NCBI GenBank assembly: GCA_951406725.2
Contig: OX597820.1
Coordinates: 61,318,001-61,382,000 of the forward strand
Origin: Octopus vulgaris
Taxonomy: Eukaryota
Length of the DNA stretch: 64,000 nucleotides
Direction of reading: 5' to 3'
In this document: one piece after another, positions 1 to 64,000 of the stretch
How the letters are laid out: each line of letters opens with the position of its first letter
How positions within the stretch are numbered: position 1 is the stretch's first letter
Made by a program: the position numbers and the translations under genes
The notes under the pieces: generated by a model
What the model was told of the DNA's origin: nothing
Databases searched by the model: none
What the model saw: only the letters and a program-made list of their open reading frames with translations

Positions 1-1330
1 TCCAACCCAGCATCCCCATCAAGTTTTCAGCCTTCCTTTTATCCAATAGTTTTACACCACAATTTGTTTTCACTATTACTCTCTTAGTCCTTCTCAAAAT
101 TGCCATTTCGCTTTCCCATATCTCACTCCTATACATCATTGCAGATCTCCCATAACTCCGATAAACCCTTCCTTTCATCTTCAAGGAGAACCTTTTCCCA
201 TATAATAAGGCTCCACATTCCCTGAACTTCACCCAGCCACGTCTTGCTCTTGCTGTCACAGCTGCTTCACATCCACCACTTACATCCACCCTATCTTCCA
301 AATAACAAAACCCTCTCACTGTTTCCACCTTGTCACATAGCGTTTCCACTGGTTCTGGCAGCTCCTTTCTCACATCTTCCACAAATAAAATCTCTTGCCA
401 GTCTTGGGGTCACCTTCATTTTTGTACATCTACCATGAATCCATTTCCCACATTTTGTACACAACACCACATTTGCCATTACCATTTTCCTTCATACACC
501 ACATGGATCTACCTTACTCACTAACACTTCTCCTTCCACCCTGCTCACCATCACGTTTGTCTTCCCGGGGTTTACCTTTAAACCCTTGCTTTCAAACGCC
601 TTCTTCCATTTCTGAAACTTCTCTCTCAATCCCTCCATCATCTCATTCATCAGAATAAGGTCATCTGCACATAGCATCTCCACTATCAATCGCTCTCTTG
701 CATTCTCCGTCACCACATTAACCACTATTGCAAACAACAATGGTGAAAACACAGATCCCTGATGCATGCCAACTTTCACTGCAAACTTCACCAACAGCTC
801 AAATCCAACTCTTGTCTCTACCCCTTCATACAATCTCATCACTGTCCTCAAAATTACCTTTAGTACACCTCTGTTCCTCAATGCCCACTCAATCACCTTC
901 CTTGGAACCCTATCAAATGCCTTCCCCAGATCAATGAAGCACATGTACAACTCCTTCTCCTTATTTCGGTATTCCTCTTGCAATCTCCTTACAATGAACA
1001 CTGCATCTATTTTCCCCTTTCCTGGCAAAAAACCAAATTGCATATTGCCCACTCCACTACTTCTTCCCAGCTAACCCTCTCCACTGGCCCCTTCACCACA
1101 ACAGCTTCCACCCTCTGATCCCATTCATTCTCCTCATTCATAATTCCCTCCATATGCTCTTTCCAAACTCTTCCCCTGTCCTCCTCACTAAAATTCAACC
1201 TTCTATCACTCCCCTTCATACGTCTTCTTCCTTCAACATCTCTTACATCTTTTTTCATTTAATTTCATAAACCTAAACACTCTACCTGGGTTCTCATTCA
1301 ACGCATTCAACTTCTCCTCGGCCTCACATC
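1..1330 (-). mobile_element. RTE-clade LINE fragment (degraded reverse transcriptase)
   Basis: ORFs 492..1052 and 1007..1258 contain QFGF.PG, F.DL.KAFDRVPR, GMHQGS..SPLLF and LCADDL (decayed YADD); frameshifted. Confidence 0.9.
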
Positions 1331-2049
1331 AAAAACAATCACATCAAATTATCACTTAATTACTAAAAAGCATATAGAATCTCACAAGTCAACAATTGTA
1401 AAATTGACGTATCTCTCACAATAGTTATCCCCATCAACATATTTTGTTGTTGTAATCGCTAAGATTATAGAAGCCTTTTATAAACTAAAGGTCATAATCA
1501 TAGAATTTAATCTAGCCTTACCCATTGCACTAAATAATGTCAATAATGGCTGATAATCACTGAATATAATAAATGATAATCCACACAGCTATGTGAAGAA
1601 TTTTTCGCATGTTCAAATCACAAGGTTTTCCTTCACATGTTGAAAATACTGTTTTTCAATTTTTGAAATATTTTACCTATAGCTTCAAGTCTACTACTCA
1701 TCTTGACTTCCCAAATGGCAGATCTTTATGGGAAAAGGTTATTCTCAGAATTACTTTAGAGTAATAAATCTTAGTCAAACCAAATAATGTAGTTCCACAG
1801 TAATGTATTTATACAAAGAAAGCCAAAGTTACAAAATGTCTTTTACCTCTACAAAACTTATTGAAGTAAATAAACACGATAAATAGAGTTGATTACATGA
1901 CTACAAGACTGAGTCACATGACTGTGTAAATCATATAAAGCATTTGATGGTATCAAGTGGATGCTACAACTTCCTTCTTGCATACTTTGAAGCTACTTTC
2001 TAGATAGTGTTTCTTTATCTTAGTCTTTTCACACTAAGTAGTTCTTCTA

Positions 2050-2548
2050 CATCATCATCATCGTTTAACATCTGCTTTCTATGCTAGCATGGGTTGGACG
2101 ATTTGACTGAGGACTGGCAAACCAGATGGCTGCGCCAGGCTCCAATCTGATCTGGCAGAGTTTCTACAGCTGGATGCCCTTCCTAATGCCAACCACTCCA
2201 AGAGTGTAGTGGGTGTTTTTTTACGTGCCACCGGCACGAGGGCCAGTCAGGTGGTACTGGCAACAGCCACACTCAAATGGTGCATTTTATGTGCCACCTG
2301 CACTGGAGCCAGTCCAGCGGCACTGGCAACGACCTCACTCAAATGTTTTTTCATGTACCTCCAGCACAAGTGCCAGTAACGCAACGCTGGTAATGATCAC
2401 ACTCGAATGGTGCTTTTTACATGCCACCAGCACGGAAGCCAGTTTGTTGCTCTGGCAACGTTCATGCTCATATGGTACTCTTAGAACTCCACTAGCACGG
2501 ATGCCAGTCATCGAATTTGATTTCAATTTCAATTTCACTCGCCTCAAC
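2050..2548 (-). mobile_element. 5'-truncated RTE 3' end with hairpin repeat array and (GAT)n tail
   Basis: Same sequence that follows the RTE ORF end at about 43850 and 58140. Confidence 0.8.
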
Positions 2549-2860
2549 ATGTCTGGCTCTTCAACAAATTTTGGTATGTGAACCAATTCACCCATGTCAA
2601 GGCTGACAGGGGCCCAAGCCTGAATTACTGAGTGTCTACCAAAAGGATCATATTGAAGAGAAGAGAAGGTGACTAAATGGACAGCCCTGCTTACTCTCAT
2701 CTACATGTCAAATTCATCATTGAAATTATCACACATCCTGCTTTGAGCATTGCATTACATAAAATAAAATTACTCTTGATAGACATTCATCAACATCTAA
2801 TAAATAAATTATTGAAAATAACTGAATAATTAAATAAAGATGCGTAGAATAATGATGATG

Positions 2861-3285
2861 GGCGTAGGAGTGGCTGTGTGGTAAGTAGCTTGCTTACCAA
2901 CCACATGGTTCCAGGTTCAGTCCCACTGCATGGCACCTTGGGCAAGTGTCTTCTACTATAGCCTCAGGCCAACCAAAGCCTTGTGAGTGGATTTGATAGA
3001 CGAAAACTGAAAGAAGCCCGTCGTACATATGTATATGTATATATATATATGTATGTATGTATGTATGTGTGTATATGTTTGTGTGTCTGTGTTTCTCCCC
3101 ACAACATTGCTTGACAACCGATGCTGCTGTGTTTACGTCCCCGTAACTTAGTGGTTCGGCAAAAGAGACTGATAGAATAAGTATTAGGCTTCCAAAGAAT
3201 ATGTCCTGGGGTCAATTTGCTCGACTAAAGGCTCTGCTCTAGCATGGCCACAGTCAAATGACTGAAACAAGTAAAAGGGTAAAAG
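2861..3285 (+). mobile_element. tRNA-derived SINE, family A
   Basis: Head ggcgtaggagtggctgtgtggtaag with B-box-like ggttcagtccc, internal (TA/TG)n, tail gactgaaacaagtaaaag; more than 10 copies in the window. Confidence 0.85.
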
Positions 3286-3375
3286 TATGACGAGTTTCTT
3301 AATGTTGCAAAAGCTAAGATGTCTCTCTGTAAGGAATTATTTAATTTGAATTCATTTAAATAACAAACAACTTAC

Positions 3376-57155
<53,780 letters not shown>

Positions 57156-57964
57156 TTTGATTGACTTCTGGCTTTATACAATGACAAGTGTCAAAAGCTG
57201 AGGCAATAATGTTTCCTTATTTTTTTAATAGCTTGCTTATTCTCCTGATGCTATATTTACTGTTGCTCCTTCCACTGAAATAGCTGCAATATAAGATTAA
57301 AATAAAAAGAACTTAAAAGACTAATTATAGCAGAGTGCAATACATCATTAAATCAAAAGTAAATAAATAACATTTAATTAATACAACCCTTTGAATGAAC
57401 AGACATAAAAAAAAAGCATACAACATATCACTGTAGTTTGCACCTAGTCATTTGACTGACTATCAATGTGCCAACAGATCTATTTTATGAAGGCTGGCAT
57501 GGAGCTAAATAACAACAAAAACTCTTGCTATACACATACATATACACACATGTATATACTCAGTGTGTGTGTCTGTATGTATCATCCTTTTGTTTGTTCA
57601 TCATTGTTCTTTTTACTTTCCATACTGACATGGGTTAGTCAGTTTGACAGGATCTGACAAGTTAGAGGACCTATTGGCCTCCAAAGCTTTTCTTTTCACT
57701 TGGCTTCTATAGCCAGATGCCTTCTTAACATCAACTACTTTAAAGAGAGTACTTGGTCTTTTTTTTTTTTTCTGTAGCACCAGAACTACTGGGTTTGCCT
57801 TGCAATTTGAAAAACTGAAGAGCCTAAACCAACCCCCATGACTAAAAGGAAAACAGATGAGGGAGTGATTAGTTTAGGCAAGATGATGAGAGGTAAAAAT
57901 GAAAGGGACAGATATATATAATAAATATAGGGTTTATAGGAACATACACACATAGATTTATATA

Positions 57965-58612
57965 TATGGATGAGGAGAGCTGTGTGAAGAAGTGCCACTC
58001 CCAAACAGTTGAAGGAAAACAGGGTAGAGGTAGACACAGGAAAACATGGGATGAGGTGGTGAAGCATGACCATTGAATGTTGGGTCTCACAGAGGCAATG
58101 ACGAAAGACCATGGAGATATGCTGTGACTGTGAAGACCCCGAAAATAAAGTGAGTTCACAGCTGAAACCTACACCAGTGTCACAGCCCCAGCCCACTCAA
58201 AAGTACCTTGGATCGTAGGGTGACATGCTGTTCTTGAGGAGATCTATTGAGTCAAGTACATCAAAATCAAATGGAAATTGTAGTTGTGATCCCGTACCAG
58301 TGGCACATAAAAAGCACCATCCAAATGTAGCTGATGCCAGCGCCACCTTGACTGGCTTCCATGCTGGTGGCACATAAAAAACACCAACCGATCATGGTCA
58401 CTGCCAGCCTCCTCTGACCCCTGTGCCAGTGACACATAAAAAGCACCCTCTACACTCTCGGAGGGGTTGGCGTTAAGAAGGGCATCCAACTGTAGAAACA
58501 CTGCCAGATCAGACTGGAGTCTGGTGCGGCCTCCTGGCTTCCCAGACCCCAGTCAAACCATCCAACCCAAGCCAGCATGGAAAACAGACATTAAACAATG
58601 ATGATGATGATG
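57965..58612 (+). mobile_element. RTE C-terminus plus 3' UTR and (GAT)n tail
   Basis: MDEESCVKKC...VEG..GRGR.RKTWDEVVKHD...WRYAV leads directly into the repeat UTR. Confidence 0.88.
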
Positions 58613-58999
58613 ATTTATATATATACACACACACACACACATATATATATATCAAACATCACCATCATCAAATATCCCATTTTCCATGCTGGCATGGGTT
58701 GGACAGTTTGACAGGAGCTGGCCAGCCAGTGAGCCACCCGGGCTCCAATTTGTCTATTTTGGTATGGTTTCTATTGCTGGAAGCGCTTTCTAATGACAAC
58801 CACTTTACAGAATGTACTAGGTGCTTTGTATGTGGCACAGGCACAAGTGCTTTTAACATGGCACCAGAACAAGTGCTCTTAAAGTGAAACTAGTATGAAT
58901 GCCCTTAACGTGTTGTCAGCACAAGTGCTTATAATGTGACACCAGCACAGGTGCTTTTCATAGTGTGTGTGTGTGTACCCACACATATATATGTATGTC

Positions 59000-59288
59000 T
59001 CTTGCACCCTTTTCAAGCCTAGCCAGGCTCATGGGCCCGGTTTCTGTGACATATGTGTTCCCCCCCAGCTGGATGGGACGCCAATCCATCGCAGCATTAC
59101 TCAAGAAACAGGAAGAAAGAGCGAGAGAAAGTTGGGGCAAAGGAGTACAACAGGGGTCGTCACCACCCCCTGCCAGAGTCTCGTAGAGCTTTAGGTGTTT
59201 TCGCTCAATAAACAAACACAAAGCCCGGTCTGGGAATCGAAACCTCCGACCGCGAGTCCGCTGCCCTAACCACTGGGCCATTGCGCCT
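59000..59288 (-). mobile_element. tRNA-derived SINE, family C
   Basis: Head ggcgcaatggcccagtggttagggcagcggactcgcggtc..gtttcgattccc; second copy at 63611-63910 (+). Confidence 0.82.
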
Positions 59289-60590
59289 CCACATATATGT
59301 ATGCGTTTGTATAAACACATACATATGAGTATAAATCATCTTCATATTAATGCCCATCTTTCCATGCTTGCAGGAGTCAGACAGAATTTGCTGAGACAAA
59401 TTTTCTATTGTCAGATGCCTTTCCAATCACCAACACTCACCTGTTTCCAAGCAAAGTAAATATTTTCTCATTGCCAGACATATTTACACAGAAAACTGGA
59501 AACAAAGAATGTCACTTGTATGACAGAGACACTCATTTACAACTACTGTGCAATGTCAAGGAAAGCAGACAGACACACACACACACAAATGTATAAAAGA
59601 TATGTATAATGTGGCGGTGAGGGGTAAAGCATTTAATGTGCTGAACTTCTGCTTTGATGAGCACCTGAAATGCATTAGAGCAGCCACAAGAAAATGAAAA
59701 CTTTTCAGGCTATTAAAGAGGATTAAGAATTATACTGCAAGCCAAAAACGAAAACGGTTCAAATACAATCGAAAGATGATAAAAAAAAAAAGATATGATA
59801 GTATATTTTAAATATAAGCATAAACTAATATTATGCCAGTATATTAATAAAAAGAAGTCCAAAGATAACAATATACAGATAGAACTTCTTTTGGAAAAGA
59901 ATCTCTAGCTATCTTGAAAGTACATAGATGATTGAGTAATTGAGAGAGTAAACAGCAAATGCACATTGTCTGATCAAATAAATGCGTATGAAATCGAAAT
60001 TCTATGAATGTTATTATGTATATAATCTAAAATACCTTTATTTGTTGGAGTAATCAATAATACATATATCTTTAGAAAGTATGGTGAAGAGATGGATGAT
60101 ATCAGCAATGAAATAGAAACCTAAGTGGTTCTTTTACCTGATTATTAGATTCCAAAGAAATTCACTTGTTGCTTTGCTTTTAATATGGTAAAACATATTT
60201 CTTGATGTAAAAGTCACTTGGTATACTATACAATTGTTTAGTTTTAAAAAATTTTGTTACAATATACATTTTCACAAAATTGCATTATGTGAACAGAGTG
60301 TCAAAGACAGGTGAATACCGTAATCAACACTATAGAAAAAAATAAATCTAAATGAATAACTTTAGAAGGAACAGATCTGAGAATAATGAAACTCACAGGG
60401 AAGATTACGGATCAAATTTCTTTGTGACATACCATTTGCCTAAATCATACCAAAATGAAAAAGCAAAGCTCTAAATCAATGGTTGTCAACCAGGCCCACA
60501 GATTGAGCAATAAGTTGGTTATACTTCTTTGACAATACAACAAATAATTTGACAATATCTTAAATACAATTTCTAATGATATTTAACCAT

Positions 60591-60800
60591 AGGCGTAGGA
60601 GTGGCTGTGTGGTAAGTAGCTTGCTTACCAACCACATGGTTCCGGGTTCAGTCCCACTGCATGGCACCTTGGGCAAGTGTCTTCTACTATAGCTTCAGGC
60701 CAACCAAACCTTGTCAGTGGATTTGGTAGACAGAAACTGAAAGAAGCCTGTCATGTATATATATATATGTATGTATGTGTGTGTATATGTCTGTGTTTGT
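60591..60800 (+). mobile_element. SINE family A, 5' half
   Basis: Near-identical to 2861-3080. Confidence 0.85.
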
Positions 60801-62094
60801 GGAATATCTTCATCATCTGATCATGAGAGAAACTCTCATATTGGCTTTTTGGTGCAAAATGAATTCTTGTTTATATTGCTACTTGGGAGATAAATCCCCG
60901 TCACCTCCAGCACTGAGACCACCAGGTCATGCGATTTCCACCGCCCTTGGTCTTATCACCGATGGATGCTCAACCACTAGAAATAGCAGCGATTCATCCC
61001 AACAACTAGCATTATATAGAATAACAGTGCTAGAACAGACACTGGTGTTGCAATTAGCCAGTGAGCTTGTTAAAAACATTTAATGGTAACACAGGCAGAA
61101 TTAATACCAAGTGCTAATATATATGCCCACTTAAACATGTACGTTTTGTTAGAACTAGCCATACTGCGGTAATTACCATGAGAGAAATTCTCATATTGAC
61201 TTTTGGTGCAAAATAAACTCTTGGATATATCACTTATAGGGAGATAAATCCCCATCAGCCCCAGGGCTGAGACCTTCAGACGATTGTATGTTGACTTAAA
61301 TGAAGAGCTTATACACAACAGGACAGAGGGACTAGTTTACAAGTTATAACAATGTTCTTTCAAATCCTCATAGTTTCTTCATTGCAACCAGCTGTTGCTG
61401 CTGCTGCTGCTGCTAAAGGTCAATGATATCAACAAGCAATAAATACACCATACAGTTTTCTAACATACAACCACAGAGTTTAACAAAACCACAATTATCA
61501 ACATACACACTGAAATCCATATGTTCAACAAAATAATAGCAGAAGTACCTAAAAAAAAACACGTTCCCAGTGCAGTATGAGATACAACTCTAACAGCACA
61601 ACCCAAATATCTAACCTTATAAAAACCAGACATATTATCAAACACAATCCACAACCAAAATAACCTCAATAATAGAAAAAAAATAAACAAGAAAATAAAA
61701 TAAAGTGAAAATAACATTTATTAAAAACTGGTAAGCATAACCATAAAATAAGCTTTAAAACCCCATAAAAATAATATCAATGCTTTAACAAAGGCCACTG
61801 TAACAAAATAAATCAGTAAGTGAATGCAACTTCAACAGGATTACTTAACCAACTAGAAATTGCAACAAAATTTCTTCAAATCATAATACGATCTTAAAAA
61901 AAATATGGAAACATTAGGTAATCTAATTTGTGATATACTATACAAAATGACAGGATAGTCATAAATGGAAAGTTTTTTGTTTTTCTTTTATCACAGGTCT
62001 ACTCAATTAGGCCTGCCCTGGATGAAGACAGCAATAAACTAGTAATATAGTTATAATATAGATCACATCTTACATTGTGAATTCAATAACTTAA

Positions 62095-62279
62095 CCCTTT
62101 CGTTACCAACCTGGCTCTGGCTCAAGCTTTTAATCAAAATCTTCCACCAAACCTTAGTCACAATTTATGTTCCTAACTCTTGCTTAATGATAACTAAGTT
62201 ATTTTACTAAATTCTTTGTTATATTTAAGATAATTGAAAGAAACACAGAGCATCTCAAAATAAATACAGTAACGAAAGG
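62095..62279. mobile_element. piggyBac-type MITE, second copy
   Basis: TTAA-ccctttcgttac ... gtaacgaaagg-TTAA. Confidence 0.8.
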
Positions 62280-62317
62280 TTAAAACAATAATCTTAGATG
62301 AGTACTTTGATTAAATA

Positions 62318-62522
62318 CTCTTTTACTTGTTTCAGTCATTTGACTGTGGCCACGCTGGAACACCGCCTTTAGTCAAGCAAATCGACCCCAGGACTTATTC
62401 TTTGTAAGCCTAGTACTTATTCTATCGGTCTCTTTTCTCGAACCGCTAAGTTACAGGGACGTAAACACACCAGCATTGGTTGTCAAGCGATGTTGGGGGG
62501 ACAAACACAGACACACAAACAT

Positions 62523-62557
<35 letters not shown>

Positions 62558-62625
62558 CAACGGGCTTCTTTCAGTTTCCGTCTACCAAATCCACTCACAA
62601 AGCTTTGATCGCCCTGAGGCTATAG
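62318..62625 (-). mobile_element. SINE family A lacking its head
   Basis: Similarity to other copies. Confidence 0.8.
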
Positions 62626-63610
62626 GCCCAAAATGCCACGGGTCTGCTTCTCAAGCATGACATAATGCCAAAGGTCTTGGTCACTACCACCATGAGGCCC
62701 AACACTTAAAAGGAACTCAGCCACTTTGCCTCCACAGGGCCCAATATATATATATCGCTTAGATTAATGGTACAGCACAAGTAATGGAGTTTGAGAGGTA
62801 TGGATTTCATCTACTGTAGGGACATGTTGCCTACGTAGGCAGTGCCTATCTACATGTAAAATATTTTGAATAAAATACATCGATAGGAACATTTTCCTTT
62901 TATGGCAAAAATATGCACCTAATTACTCTGATTAATGTGCATAAAAAGCAAAATATTTTATTTTTGTAAATTAGGTAGGCATAATTGGCCCCTGCTTTTC
63001 ACTCTCAGTATTTAAACTACACGTAGTACTGCTGTAGTACACATGCTGCATACATTCCTATAACAATGCTTTCTTTACGTGCTATACAGGCAGAAGTAAA
63101 TCTGCCTTCAGTTCAGTTGCATACATTTGTTTCGCTTATTGTTTTTGTGTGTGTTTTTACCTTCAGCTTTAGCTCATTTCCATTTATATCCATTTTCACC
63201 CCTTTGCAGCAATGTATAGCAACTACCTTTATATCTATATATTTTTATCCTTTTATCTAGAGACAAATCTTTTAATGATAGTTTACGACATGAAGGTCAA
63301 CAACAGCCTACCCTGAGTAATTACTAACGGCATGTACCTGATAATATATATATATATATTCTTTCATTCGTTTATTTGTTTCAGTCATTTGACTGTGGCC
63401 ATGTTGGAGCACCACCTTTGAGTCAAACAAATCGAGCTCAGGACTTATTCTTTGTAAGCCTAGCACTTATTTATCAGTCTCTTTTGCCGAACCGCTAAGT
63501 TACAGGAACATAAACACACCAACATCGGTTGTCAAGTAATGGTGGGGGACAAACACAAATAGATACATACACACACACACACAAACACACATACACACAC
63601 AATGTGTGGA

Positions 63611-63910
63611 GGGCAATGGCCCAGGGGTTAGGGCAGCGGCCTCGCAGTCAGAGGATCACGGTTTCAATTCCCAGACAAGGCATTGTGTGAGTTTATGGAG
63701 CAAAAACACCTAAAAGCTCCACGAGGCTTAGGCAGGGGGTGGTAGCGACCCCTGTTGCACTCTTTCGCCACAAATTTCTCTCACTCTCTCTGCCTGTTTC
63801 TTGAGTAACTCTGCAATGGATTGGCGTCCCGTCCAGCTGGGGGGAACAAATACACCACAGAAACCGGGAAACCAGGCCCATGAGCTTGGCTAGGCTTGCA
63901 AAGGGTGACG
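63611..63910 (+). mobile_element. tRNA-derived SINE, family C
   Basis: Reverse complement of 59000-59288. Confidence 0.82.
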
Positions 63911-64000
63911 TAAAATATATATATATGATGGGCTTCACACACACATACATATTTATACAGGTATGGATGTGCCTCTTTGACTCCCCACTGCATGACAATT

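Noticed and set aside
1331-3375. Next CORO7 exon (SKFRH-like start of module 2)
   Set aside because: No matching exon found by eye; presumed outside the window
59215-59288. tRNA-like sequences (also about 18880-18946, 2861-2930, 63611-63680)
   Set aside because: SINE heads: no closed acceptor stem and each continues into a repeat body

Overview
Eukaryotic, AT-rich, repeat-dense DNA, most likely from an octopus or other coleoid cephalopod (inferred from the SINE/RTE families and microsatellite load; not verified). The window is almost entirely one minus-strand gene, a coronin-7/POD-1 orthologue. I traced 14 phase-consistent GT-AG coding exons by hand, from ATG 57155 down to 3376 (2068 nt, about 689 aa). 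They encode the first coronin WD40 module plus a long low-complexity linker; the second module must lie left of position 1. The introns hold RTE, CR1 and HERO-like non-LTR fragments, a full-length dead Hsmar1-like mariner, a Tc1/DD37D-like relic, hAT and piggyBac MITEs, a Helitron, four tRNA-derived SINE families and decayed hammerhead-like motifs. The most notable leads are variable-copy ~66-bp hairpin arrays in the RTE 3' UTR, a skippable 831-nt linker exon bracketed by inverted repeats, and an intronic hairpin with an ADAR-type UAG A:C mismatch. There is no prokaryotic system or true CRISPR array. Repeat boundaries are approximate and family assignments are from memory, not database searches.
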